A model generated the notes under the pieces. That model was not told where the DNA came from. It saw only the letters and a list, made by a program, of their open reading frames with translations, and ran no database searches. Of a stretch of DNA of 64,000 bases, positions 8,186 to 17,431 are shown piece after piece (position 1 is the stretch's first letter; each line of letters opens with the position of its first letter). Source of the DNA: an uncultured Planctomycetaceae bacterium (GTDB lineage: Bacteria; Planctomycetota; Planctomycetia; Isosphaerales; Isosphaeraceae); assembly GCA_963833985.1 (NCBI GenBank), contig CAWIAD010000001.1:320001-384000 (forward strand). Reading direction: 5' to 3'. The translations under genes were made by a program, and so were the position numbers.

Positions 8186-9687
8186 CTCGCCTTGGGCCGT
8201 TTGGAGCCCGGTGAGGACTTCTTCGGTTTGGCCGGCGAGGACGACTTCTCTGGCTTGCCCGGGGACGACTGCTTCGGTTTGGCCGGCGAGGACGACTTCT
8301 CTGGCCTGGCCGGTGACGACTTCTTCGGTTTGGCCGGCGAGGACGACTTCTTCGGTTTGGCCGGGGAGGACTTCTTCGGTTTAGCCGGCGAGGACGACTT
8401 CTCTGGCTTGCCCGGGGAGGACTTCTTCGGTTTGGCCGGGGAGGACTTCTTCGGCATCGTCGGCGTCGTCTTGGTGGGTCGGGGCGGAAGCTTGCGCGTC
8501 GGCTCTGGAGGCGGAGTCTTGGTTGGCCCCGGCGGCGGGGTCCTGGTTGGATCCGGAGGCGGAGCCTTGGTTGGCTCGATCGCCGGCGGAGTCTCGGTCT
8601 CCTGGCGCCGAGGTCGGCGCCGATGTCTGGGGGGTGGAACCTTGGTGTGGGGGTTGCCCCCACCAGGACTCTGGATCGGTCTTTCCGGACCTTTCTCGGC
8701 AAGCGATAAACCGTCCGGGAAAGCGCTTGTGAAGCTCGGGGGCGTCAGCGGCCAGCCCAGGCCGAACCGCCGCGCGTAGGCGAATTCGTCGCGGACCCGG
8801 TTGGCCAGCAGGAAGTCTCGCTCCAGCTCCACGCTGCGCAGATCGCGCTCGAAGAGCTTCCAGGCGGCCGACCAGAGTGGCTGGCCGGCCCGGTCCTGGT
8901 GTTGCTTGACCCAGTCGGTCCACGCCGGATCGCCCAGGTTCTTGCGGGCCATTCGCAGCTCGTTGTAAAGGTAGTGCTCGCGGGGAACGGCGTAGCCGGA
9001 CTGACCGGGGCTGAACCGGTGGCCGATGAGGGCCCGCGGGTCGCACAGGAGCGAGTACCCCATCTGCCAGGCGCGGAGGCCGAAGTCGATGTCTTCCGAG
9101 CCATAGGAAAGCATGCCGACGTCGAACCCGCGGAGCCGCTCATAAACTCCGCGGGCCATCGCCACACAGCAGCCCACGACACATGCTTGTTCGTAGAAGG
9201 AACGGCCTCCGGGCCCGCGCACGCGTCTCAGCGCGCCGCGGTCCTGCCAGCGGTTGTCGAACGACTTCAGATCAATCCAGTAACTGTAGCCGGCGTGCCG
9301 GAAATCGCATTGCCAGTTCACCGGATCAAGCTGGAGCACCACGGGAGAGACGATGGATTGCCGGCCGCAGTTCACCACGTCCTCGACCAGCCGGCGAATG
9401 GCGCCCGGCTCTGGCTTGCAGTGGGCATCAAGGAACAGGAACGTCTCGCCGCTGGAGGAGCGAGCGGCCAGGTCCTTGGTGGCCGCCACGCCCCTGCGCT
9501 GGGGGAACGTCACCACGCGAACGTCGGGAAACCGCTCCTGCATGCGCGCGACGCAGCCATCGGCCGACGCGTCGTCGGCCACGACGATCTCGCAATCGAG
9601 GTCAGCGGTCGTTTCCCTGCACGAACCGACGGTTCGCCAGAGCAGATCTCCCTCGTTGTGCGAGGCGATCAGGATGCTCGTTCGCAT
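8182..9687 (-). CDS. GT-A glycosyltransferase (GT2/GT27 ppGalNAc-T-like) with C-terminal Pro/Thr and Lys/Ser/Pro repeat tails
   Basis: TSILIASHNE, EIVVADDAS, FLDAHC (DxH), GFDVGMLSYGSEDIDFGLRAWQ, IGHRF; no signal peptide or TM segment. Confidence 0.85.
   Translation of the reverse strand: MRTSILIASHNEGDLLWRTVGSCRETTADLDCEIVVADDASADGCVARMQERFPDVRVVTFPQRRGVAATKDLAARSSSGETFLFLDAHCKPEPGAIRRLVEDVVNCGRQSIVSPVVLQLDPVNWQCDFRHAGYSYWIDLKSFDNRWQDRGALRRVRGPGGRSFYEQACVVGCCVAMARGVYERLRGFDVGMLSYGSEDIDFGLRAWQMGYSLLCDPRALIGHRFSPGQSGYAVPREHYLYNELRMARKNLGDPAWTDWVKQHQDRAGQPLWSAAWKLFERDLRSVELERDFLLANRVRDEFAYARRFGLGWPLTPPSFTSAFPDGLSLAEKGPERPIQSPGGGNPHTKVPPPRHRRRPRRQETETPPAIEPTKAPPPDPTRTPPPGPTKTPPPEPTRKLPPRPTKTTPTMPKKSSPAKPKKSSPGKPEKSSSPAKPKKSSPAKPKKSSSPAKPKKSSPARPEKSSSPAKPKQSSPGKPEKSSSPAKPKKSSPGSKRPKAR
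8203..8454 (-). repeat. Coding tandem repeat, 10 units of 24/27 bp encoding P[KE][KQ]SS(S)P[AG][KRS]
   Basis: Visible directly in DNA (cttcggtttggccggcgaggacgactt...) and in the translation. Confidence 0.95.
8458..8592 (-). repeat. Coding Pro/Thr-rich degenerate repeat (about 5 x 8 aa, xPPxxPT[KR])
   Basis: TPPAIEPTK APPPDPTR TPPPGPTK TPPPEPTR KLPPRPTK TTPT. Confidence 0.85.
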
Positions 9688-9762
9688 TTCGTCACCCGTA
9701 ACATCTGAGTTGTGGGTCGCTCGAAGTGGTGTCAAACCGCTTGAAACCGACGTGATCCGGGG

Positions 9763-12700
9763 TCATCGGTCGGGCAAAGCAAGGCCCTGCTGGGCGGCCT
9801 CGCGCTGGAGCACTTCCGTGAGCAGCCGGTCCCGCCACGCCAGGTCGGTGTAGGGCTTCGACTGCGTCGCGGCGCGACGGCGTTCCTGATCCACCAGTGT
9901 CATCCAGACGGCGGCTTCCTTGCTCTGGCCGAGCTTGCCATGGGCCATGGCCAGGAGCAGCCAGTGCCATGGCTTGCCGCGATCTCCGTCGTGACGTATG
10001 GCCTCTCGCAGTTGCTTCACCGCTTCTGCCTGGTGACCCGTGCGGTACAGTGCCGCCCCGAAAGTGACGTACGGATCATAGTCCTCACGCTGGCTCTCGG
10101 CAAGCTGTCGCGCCCGGGCCAGCACGTTTTCCATAAGTCCCGTCGAGCCGGGAGCCAGGGTGCAGAGGAATGCCAGCTCGTCGGCACGCCACGGGTCCTG
10201 AATTTGACCATAGTGCGCCAGCAGGGTTGATCTGAGTGCCTCGTATTCCTTGATCTCCTGCAAGTGCAGGCAGAGCAGGGCGGCGCCATACCAGACCAGC
10301 CGGTCATCCGAGCCGGCGGCGATTGCCGCCAGCATGTCGGCCTTGGCGGCTTGCCAGCGGCCAAGCCAGGCCCGCAGCTCGCCGCGCCGGGCCAGGTATG
10401 CGGGGTTGCCGGGATCGTCGGCCAGGAGGCGGTCGAAGCATTTGATTCCCGCGTCCAGGAGGCCGGCGCGTTCCATGGCGAGGGCCTCGGCCTCCAGCCA
10501 GGCATGAACCTCGCTCTCGGACGCGACGAACGACTGCGGAGTTGCTCCGATCAGCGCGTCGTGGTCCCGGCAGATCTCCGCGGGCGTGCGAGGCATCCGT
10601 CCTCCACGGCGGTCGATCGTGAAGCCGGAGATCACGCCGGCGAGCCGCTCGAGCTGTGGGATCGACGCCGAGGTTCCCGAGATTTCCCAGACGCGGGCTG
10701 CGCGGTCGCGAAACGACACCGTCAGCAAGGACCGGCCGTCAGGGGCGAACTCGAGGGTGCGCACTCCGGTGCCGTGTTTCAGCGGCAACGTCGTGGCCTC
10801 TCCGGTGGCGGCGTCCCACACCTGGGCCAGCCCGGTGTTGCCCGGCGGCTCGCCTCCGCAGCCCGTCGCGATCAGGCCGCCGTCGGCACTGAACACCGCG
10901 GTCAACACCGGCTCCTGATGATCCAGAAGCGGCAGCATGAGCTGGCCGCTCGCGGAGCTCCAGACGGCCGCGGTGTGGTCGGAACTACAGGAGACCACGC
11001 GTGCGCCGTCCCGGCTGAAGTGCGACTGGTTCACCTGGTCGGCATGGCGATAGATGGCCACCGGCTGGCCAGTCCATGACTGCCAGACCCGCGCGGTTCG
11101 GTCCTTGCTGGAAGTCGCCACTTGCTGGCCGTCCGGGCTGAACTCGGCATGCAGCACCTCACCGTCGTGGGGCAGTATCAGCGGCGCCAGGGCCGTACCC
11201 TCGACGGTCCAGATGCGTGCGGTGCCGTCCTCACCCGCCGTGGCGAGCAGGCTGCCGGAGCTGTCCATCGCCGCGTGGCGCAGGCGTGAGCCTCCCGGCC
11301 GGGCCGGGTGCCGGGCCTCGCACAATACCGTGCCACCACGCCAGTCCCAGACCCGAGCCGCGTACGCCCCGGCCACCAGCAGCCTGCGGCCGTCGCGGCT
11401 GAAGCGAACAATGTGGGCCTTGTAGTCTCCGTCCGGGTCCAGCGGGTCGGTCCGGTCGCTGTGCACGAGCGGTCCGGCGAGCTGCCGGCCGGTTTCGACC
11501 TCCCAGATCCGCGTGCTCCGATCCTGGCCGGTGGTTGCCAGGAACTTGCCGTCGCTGCTGAGACATGCATCGTCGCCCATCCCTGGGTGCTCGAACAGCG
11601 CAGGATGGAGGGCAGGGGCAGGGGCAGGCGGCTGGATGCCCCAGTACTTGCAGACCCCGTCGCGGCTCATGGTCATGATCTTGCGACCGTCCGGACTGAA
11701 GCCCGCAGCCTCGACGATCTCGCCATGGCGGAGAGTGAGTTCCGGCCAGAGTCCGCCGGCCAGGTCCCAGAGGCGGGCGGTGCCGTCCGTGCTGGCCGTG
11801 AGCAGAGAGCGGCCATCGGGGCTGAACTGGGCCTGGTTGACGGTTCCACGGTGCCGAAGCGGGGGCAGGACCAGCTCGCCGGTCGCCGGGTCCCAGACCC
11901 GCGCCGCATCGTCCTGGCCCCAGGTGACAATCCGGCCAAGGTGGCGGTTCCCCGCCGCGCGAATCCGGTCGCCCCGCGACCGCAAGGGGACGCCCACGCG
12001 CTCGAGCGACTCGGTTTTCCAGACCAGGGCCTCCGGACCGCTGACGGTCATGAGCCGGCTGCCGTCAGCCGAGAATGCAAGCTGCGTCACCGGCCGATCC
12101 AGTCTGCGGATCGCCTTCAGCTCGCCGGTGACGGCGTTCCACAGCTTGACCGAACGATCATAGCTCACCGTGGCGATCCAGCGCCCGTCCGGACTGAAGC
12201 CGGACTCGAAGACGTCATCATCGTGTTCCATCAGGAACCTGGGTTTCGCCCCCGGCACCGGCAGGCCCCAGAGCCAGGCTCCGCCGATGCCCAGGTCGGG
12301 CCCGCCGTAGGAGACGACCAGGCCGGGGTCCGCGGGCGCGAACGCCACGTGGTTCACCACGTCGCGGTGCTCCATGGGGCCGGGCAGCCTGCGCCCGGAG
12401 GCCGTCTCCCAGAGGAACACACGGCGTCCGGCCGCGGTGACGATGAGCCGGCAGTCGGGGCTGAAGTCCGCCCATGCCACGGGTGCCTCGTGGACCAGAC
12501 GCACCGCACTCGGCTCGCCGGTTGCGGTGCTCCAGAGCCGCACCAGCGTGCCCCGTGCCGTGAGCACACTCTGGCCATCAGGGCTGAAGCGTGCCAGCCG
12601 GCAGCTCCCCGACGTGCCGCCGGTAACTCCGGGGAGGGCCAGGTTCAGCTTCATCACCCTTCCGCTCGCGCGCTCGATCACCTCCGCCACGGCTCCGCCG

Positions 12701-14472
12701 GCGATCACCAGTCGAGAGCCGTCGGGGCTGAACGAGGCGGCGTTCACGGATTCGGGAAGCGACCAGGTGCGCACGGCTCGGGGAGCGCCGCGGAGCAGCG
12801 AGCCGATTCGCTGCCGCAAGCTGGCTTGCCGCCCCGCGTCGCCAAGCTCCTGCTCCTGCCTCAACGCCTCGACGAACCAGGGAATCGCCGCGGCGACATC
12901 ACCGCTGCGGAGGCGGTCGTCGCCGCCGAGCTGGTTCTGCCGGATGACTCCCAGCCGCGCGGTGCGTCGCGCCGCCGCGACCGACTGGACCGTCAGTCCC
13001 GCGCCGGCCGCCAGCAGCAAGAGCAGCGCGGAGACCGCGGCCGACAGGCTGGCCACCCGCGGGTTGCGGCGAGCCCAGAGCATCAGCCGGCCGATCGCTC
13101 CGACGGGCCTTGCCAGGATGGGCTCGCCCCGCAGGAACCTCTCGAGATCTCCCGCCAGCTCGCCGGCGGTCGCGTACCGCCGCGCCGGCTCCTTGGCCAT
13201 TGCCTTCAGGCAGATGGTTTCGAGGTCCCGCGGGATCGTGTCCACCAGGCTGCGGGGCGCCCGCGGCTCGTCGTTGAGCACCTGGTGAATCAACATTCTC
13301 TGGTTGCCCCGGAACGGCAGCTCGCCGCTGATGAGCACGTACAGCACCACGCCCAGGCTGTACACGTCGCTGCGGCCGTCCACCTTGTGAGCATCGCCAC
13401 GCGCCTGTTCCGGGCTCATGTAAGCGGGAGTGCCAAGGATCTCGCCCTGGACCGTGACGGTGACATCGCCCGCGTCACGCTTGGCCAGCCCAAAGTCCAT
13501 GATGTGCGGCCGGCCGGCGGCGTCGAGCATGATGTTCGACGGCTTGACGTCCCGGTGGATCACACCCTTCTGGTGCGCGTGTTGCAGAGCGCCTGCCAGC
13601 TCCAGCACCAAGCGGGCCGATTCGCCGTACGGCTGCCTCTTGCCGCTCAGCCAGTCCGAGAGCGTCACACCCTCGATGAACTCGCTGACGATGAACGGGA
13701 CGCCGTCATGGTCGCCAATCTCATGGACCGGCACGATCGCCGGGTGACGCAACTGCGCGGCGTTGCGCGCCTCGCGCAGGAATCGGTCCTTCTGATCGTC
13801 GCTCGCCAGCTCGCCGAGCTTCAGCACCTTGAGCGCCACGATACGGTCGAGCTGGGGATCGCGCGCCTTGTACACGGTGCCGAAACCGCCGGATCCCACC
13901 TTGGCGAGCAGCTCGAACCGGCCCAGGCAGCGTCCACCGCGCCAGTGGAGCACAGGCGCCGTGGAGCCGGCATCGATCACGATCGTGGAACCGCACGTGG
14001 GACAGACCGGGTCCTCGTCCGCGGCTCCGTCCTGCGACCTCGCCAGCTCGATCGTGTTGTCGCACCGCGGACAGAAGACGAGCCGGACCGACTGTTGCTG
14101 TGCCGGATCCATCAACCGCTGCAAGCCGCGGGAAGAAAAGGGGGCGGAGTCAGGCGGGCGATCAGGGTGAGGAGCGTCTCCGACGACGCCGGCGACGGTC
14201 AGCCCGTCCAGGCCCGCCGCCTGACCGGCAACCGCGTCCTGCGCCGGCGTGCCGCGGATTGTGGGCTCGGCCGGGTCGGCGACCGTCGAGCCTTCAACGA
14301 CAGCAACGTCATCCCCGCAAGGCGCGTAGGCGGCAAGCAGCCGCTCGACCTCGAGGCGAAGGCTGGTGTCGCCGGCACAGGACTGGTCCAGGAATCTCGT
14401 CCGGTCCTCAGCGTCGCGGCGGACCGCCGCGGCGAAGAGTTCGCAGACCTGGTGCCAGAAGTGCGCGTTCAT
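9763..14472 (-). CDS. Ser/Thr protein kinase with Zn-ribbon, TM helix, WD40 propellers and C-terminal TPRs
   Basis: CPRC..CPTC; GSGGFGTVY, VALK, HRDVKPSN, DFG, SPE; many FSPDG..W WD40 repeats; TPR-like helices; likely start MNAHFW at 14472. Confidence 0.95.
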   Translation of the reverse strand: MNAHFWHQVCELFAAAVRRDAEDRTRFLDQSCAGDTSLRLEVERLLAAYAPCGDDVAVVEGSTVADPAEPTIRGTPAQDAVAGQAAGLDGLTVAGVVGDAPHPDRPPDSAPFSSRGLQRLMDPAQQQSVRLVFCPRCDNTIELARSQDGAADEDPVCPTCGSTIVIDAGSTAPVLHWRGGRCLGRFELLAKVGSGGFGTVYKARDPQLDRIVALKVLKLGELASDDQKDRFLREARNAAQLRHPAIVPVHEIGDHDGVPFIVSEFIEGVTLSDWLSGKRQPYGESARLVLELAGALQHAHQKGVIHRDVKPSNIMLDAAGRPHIMDFGLAKRDAGDVTVTVQGEILGTPAYMSPEQARGDAHKVDGRSDVYSLGVVLYVLISGELPFRGNQRMLIHQVLNDEPRAPRSLVDTIPRDLETICLKAMAKEPARRYATAGELAGDLERFLRGEPILARPVGAIGRLMLWARRNPRVASLSAAVSALLLLLAAGAGLTVQSVAAARRTARLGVIRQNQLGGDDRLRSGDVAAAIPWFVEALRQEQELGDAGRQASLRQRIGSLLRGAPRAVRTWSLPESVNAASFSPDGSRLVIAGGAVAEVIERASGRVMKLNLALPGVTGGTSGSCRLARFSPDGQSVLTARGTLVRLWSTATGEPSAVRLVHEAPVAWADFSPDCRLIVTAAGRRVFLWETASGRRLPGPMEHRDVVNHVAFAPADPGLVVSYGGPDLGIGGAWLWGLPVPGAKPRFLMEHDDDVFESGFSPDGRWIATVSYDRSVKLWNAVTGELKAIRRLDRPVTQLAFSADGSRLMTVSGPEALVWKTESLERVGVPLRSRGDRIRAAGNRHLGRIVTWGQDDAARVWDPATGELVLPPLRHRGTVNQAQFSPDGRSLLTASTDGTARLWDLAGGLWPELTLRHGEIVEAAGFSPDGRKIMTMSRDGVCKYWGIQPPAPAPALHPALFEHPGMGDDACLSSDGKFLATTGQDRSTRIWEVETGRQLAGPLVHSDRTDPLDPDGDYKAHIVRFSRDGRRLLVAGAYAARVWDWRGGTVLCEARHPARPGGSRLRHAAMDSSGSLLATAGEDGTARIWTVEGTALAPLILPHDGEVLHAEFSPDGQQVATSSKDRTARVWQSWTGQPVAIYRHADQVNQSHFSRDGARVVSCSSDHTAAVWSSASGQLMLPLLDHQEPVLTAVFSADGGLIATGCGGEPPGNTGLAQVWDAATGEATTLPLKHGTGVRTLEFAPDGRSLLTVSFRDRAARVWEISGTSASIPQLERLAGVISGFTIDRRGGRMPRTPAEICRDHDALIGATPQSFVASESEVHAWLEAEALAMERAGLLDAGIKCFDRLLADDPGNPAYLARRGELRAWLGRWQAAKADMLAAIAAGSDDRLVWYGAALLCLHLQEIKEYEALRSTLLAHYGQIQDPWRADELAFLCTLAPGSTGLMENVLARARQLAESQREDYDPYVTFGAALYRTGHQAEAVKQLREAIRHDGDRGKPWHWLLLAMAHGKLGQSKEAAVWMTLVDQERRRAATQSKPYTDLAWRDRLLTEVLQREAAQQGLALPDR

Positions 14473-14774
14473 GTGCCTGCTGCCGCGGAACAGGAACTCG
14501 GGCGAACGACCGGCATGAACGGGCCTCCAGGCGACCGCGACTTCTCGGTCTCCTGTCACGTGAGACTGGACCGGGTGGAGACTCGCTTGAGTGTGACATG
14601 GTATGCATCAAGATGGAAGACCCAGTTCCGTGCCGGCGCACCGCAACCGGTGCGCTGCGTCGCCGGTTGCGTCGGTTGAATCTGTAGCTCGGTACCGGCC
14701 AGGTATCACGACCCTGAGGAAGTCTCGGGACGCGGCGACTGCCGAGTGCCTCCGGCCTCAGCCGCGGACTGGCT

Positions 14775-15068
14775 TCATACCTCGACGAGCCGTTCCCGGG
14801 ACTCTGCGTTTTCCGTCGTGTCAGCACCCGACGGAGACTCCAGCCCCTGGACCAGGGCGCCGAGCTGAAGCGCCAGCAGCCGGTCTTCCGGGCTGGGTCC
14901 GCGGAGTATCGACAGGAACGCCTCGGCGCCAATCAGTACGGCCTTGGGTTTGCTGTGAATCGTCAAGACACAACGTGCATTCGGGTTTTCCAGGTTCTCA
15001 AGCACTTTTGGCAGATCGCGATGAAGTTCACGGCTTCCAATATAACGGACACGAGACTGAGGCATCAT
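14775..15068 (-). CDS. Phd/YefM-family antitoxin-like small protein (no adjacent toxin)
   Basis: YIGSRELHRDLPKVLENL...CVLTIHSKPKAVLI matches the Phd N-terminal DNA-binding fold pattern. Confidence 0.7.
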   Translation of the reverse strand: MMPQSRVRYIGSRELHRDLPKVLENLENPNARCVLTIHSKPKAVLIGAEAFLSILRGPSPEDRLLALQLGALVQGLESPSGADTTENAESRERLVEV

Positions 15069-15289
15069 TGACCTCGCGGCCGGAACCGGCCTGGACAAGA
15101 AGATGGAGGCGATCAGACGGGATCAACCTCTCAAACGATGGGTGATCGAAAGAATATCCAATCAATCGTCACTCCGTCAACCAGCAAACATTCCTAATCT
15201 ACGGAATTCGGGGTCAGAATGTTGGACATTCTTTGAACGCCCCAAACCCTTCCGGTCAGTCTTGCGGACCTGGCATCGCTGCCTACAAT

Positions 15290-15322
15290 TTCAGTATGGT
15301 CTGAACTTCAGTAGGAACTGAA
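15290..15322. promoter_or_regulatory. Two tandem 16-bp palindromes TTCAG-N6-CTGAA; operator-like
   Basis: TTCAGTATGGTCTGAA (15290-15305) and TTCAGTAGGAACTGAA (15307-15322), in an AT-rich divergent region about 70 bp upstream of mqnA. Confidence 0.55.
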
Positions 15323-15393
15323 CGGCAGGCATGTCGTATCTCCAAGAAAAGGATCAGCGGCCTGTCACTCTGGTCACCCGCCCGGAGGATTGC

Positions 15394-16236
15394 ATGGATG
15401 AGAACAGCCCGATACCCGCAGCGATCCGCGTGGGAGCTGTCAGCTATCTCAATGCGAAGCCGCTTTACTATCGCCTCGACGACTTCACGACGGCCAAGCT
15501 GATCATGGACGTGCCCAGCCGGCTCGCTCAGAAGCTCCACGCCGGCGCGCTCGACGTCGCCCTGATCCCGTCGATTGAATACCTCCGTGGCGCGTCGGCT
15601 GGCTACGAAATTCTGGAAGGCTTCGCGATCGCGGCGAAGGGCCCCGTTCATAGCGTGAAGCTCTTCAGCAGGGTGCCTTTTCAGGCGATCCAGCGGCTGG
15701 CGCTCGACGAGGGCTCGCGCACCAGCCAGGCGCTCTCGCTGGTCTGGCTAGACGCCCGCCACGACGTCCGGCCAGCGCGCATCGAGCCTCTTCCTCTGGG
15801 CGTCCCGGTGCTCGAAAGCACGGCCGACGCGGTTCTGGTGATCGGCGACCGGGCGATGAAGGTTCCCCATGAGCCCTTCTGCCAGGTGGTCGACCTGGGC
15901 GAGGCCTGGCACGCCATGACCGGGCTTCCGTTTGTTTTTGCCCTCTGGGTCACACGCCGAGGCGTCGACCTGGGCGATCTGCCGCGCGCCCTGGCACAGA
16001 GCCGGAGCCTGGGCCTGGCCCACGCCGATGAGCTGGCACGCATTCACGGCCCGCGGCTGGGACTCGACTTCATCACCTGCTACGATTACCTGACCAGGGT
16101 CCTGTCGTACGAGCTCGGGGAGCCGGAGCTTGCCGGGCTCCGGCAATTCGCCCGGATGGCGGCGCGACTGGGCCTTGTCCCGGAAGGAGTGAATCTTGTC
16201 TTCCACCGTCCCCGCGATCTTGCAGCGCACCGTTAG
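15394..16236 (+). CDS. mqnA: Chorismate dehydratase (futalosine menaquinone pathway)
   Basis: RVGAVSYLNAKPL, GPVHSVKL, SRTS, LVIGDRA, DLGEAW..TGLPFVFALW; GGAGG RBS before ATG 15394. Confidence 0.92.
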   Translation: MDENSPIPAAIRVGAVSYLNAKPLYYRLDDFTTAKLIMDVPSRLAQKLHAGALDVALIPSIEYLRGASAGYEILEGFAIAAKGPVHSVKLFSRVPFQAIQRLALDEGSRTSQALSLVWLDARHDVRPARIEPLPLGVPVLESTADAVLVIGDRAMKVPHEPFCQVVDLGEAWHAMTGLPFVFALWVTRRGVDLGDLPRALAQSRSLGLAHADELARIHGPRLGLDFITCYDYLTRVLSYELGEPELAGLRQFARMAARLGLVPEGVNLVFHRPRDLAAHR

Positions 16237-17302
16237 CGGCCAGCGTCTCAGCGTTCAGGAAGGCGTCACGCTCTTCGAGGAGGCCGGCCTGCTCGAGCTT
16301 GGCAGCGCGGCGCAGGCCGTGTGTCAGCGGCTCCATCCCGAGCCCTACCGGACCTACAACATCGACCGCAACATCAATTACACCAACGTCTGCACGGCGG
16401 TCTGCGACTTCTGCGCGTTTTACCGCAAGGTTGATGACTCCGAGGCCTACGTGCTGGACCGGGACGTCCTGCTCGAGAAGATCCGCGAGACCGTGGCGCT
16501 GGGCGGCGACCAGATCCTCATGCAGGGCGGCCTGCACCCCCACCTGGCGCTGGAGTGGTACGAGGAGCTGCTGCGGGACATCAAGTCCCATTTTCCCCGG
16601 GTCAACGTGCACGGCTTCAGCGCCCCGGAGATCTACCATTTCACGAAGGTGGCGAAGCTGCCACTGCGTACCGTGCTCCAGCGCCTCAAGGAAGCCGGCC
16701 TGGGGAGCCTCCCTGGCGGTGGCGCCGAGATCCTGGTTGACCGCGTGCGCAAGGACATCACGCGCGGGAAGGTCCTCACCGAGAACTGGCTCGAGGTACA
16801 CCGGGTCTGGCACCAACTCGGCGGCCGATCCACCGCCACCATGATGTTCGGCCACGTGGAGACCCTGGCCGAGCGCGTCGCGCATCTTGAGTGTGTCCGC
16901 CACCTCCAGGACGAGACCGGCGGATTCACCGCCTTCATCGCCTGGACCTTCCAGCCCGAGCACACGGACATGGCCGACGTCCCCCCCGCGGGCGCGTTCG
17001 AATACCTCAAGACCCAGGCGATCAGCCGGCTTTATCTGGACAACGTGCCGAACATCCAGTCCTCATGGGTGACCCAGGGAGCCAAGATTGGCCAGATTGG
17101 CCTGTACTTCGGGGCCAACGACATGGGAAGCTTGATGATCGAGGAGAACGTGGTGTCATCCGCCGGCACGGTGCACCACCTGACGCTCGAGCAGATCCGG
17201 CGTGCGATCAGCGAGGCTGGTTTCATTCCGCGGCAGCGGAACGTGTTCTACGAATATATTGACACGATAGCCGAACCGGAGCACCAGCGGGTCGCTGGCT
17301 GA
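16196..17302 (+). CDS. mqnC: Cyclic dehypoxanthinyl futalosine synthase (radical SAM)
   Basis: DRNINYTNVCTAVCDFCAF (CX3CX2C), QGGLHP, PGGGAEIL, ATMMFGH, NIQSSWVTQG, GANDMGS, EENVV. Confidence 0.92.
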   Translation: MSSTVPAILQRTVSGQRLSVQEGVTLFEEAGLLELGSAAQAVCQRLHPEPYRTYNIDRNINYTNVCTAVCDFCAFYRKVDDSEAYVLDRDVLLEKIRETVALGGDQILMQGGLHPHLALEWYEELLRDIKSHFPRVNVHGFSAPEIYHFTKVAKLPLRTVLQRLKEAGLGSLPGGGAEILVDRVRKDITRGKVLTENWLEVHRVWHQLGGRSTATMMFGHVETLAERVAHLECVRHLQDETGGFTAFIAWTFQPEHTDMADVPPAGAFEYLKTQAISRLYLDNVPNIQSSWVTQGAKIGQIGLYFGANDMGSLMIEENVVSSAGTVHHLTLEQIRRAISEAGFIPRQRNVFYEYIDTIAEPEHQRVAG

Positions 17303-17431
17303 GCGGCGGGTCGACCTCCGGCGAGGTCTGTCGCGGCGTTCCTGGTGCGCTCCTCGCCGCTGCCCGACGAGCGGCCGCAGCCTCGCGGGCTTGCCGGAAA
17401 TCATTACATAATTGACCTTTCGAGCATCCGC

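Noticed and set aside
8203..8454. Possible CRISPR array
   Set aside because: Contiguous codon-multiple repeats without unique spacers; no cas genes
7634..8779. + strand ORF with striking GLAGEDDFF repeats
   Set aside because: Antisense shadow of the PKKSSPAK repeat, which is in frame with a well-supported glycosyltransferase; no independent RBS or domain evidence
1..9687. Functional link between the HDAC and the Lys-rich histone-like tail
   Set aside because: About 8 kb apart in different transcription units; bacterial HDAC-family enzymes are common and have diverse substrates
14554..14566. Second parS-like site (tgtcacgtgagac)
   Set aside because: Only the CACGTG core with imperfect arms; too degenerate
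11308..14679. 1123-aa + strand ORF, and similar long ORFs (2507-3835 -, 18166-20505 -, 26070-27725 -, 60427-62103 +)
   Set aside because: Stop-poor antisense frames of high-GC genes; the opposite strand carries the recognisable motifs
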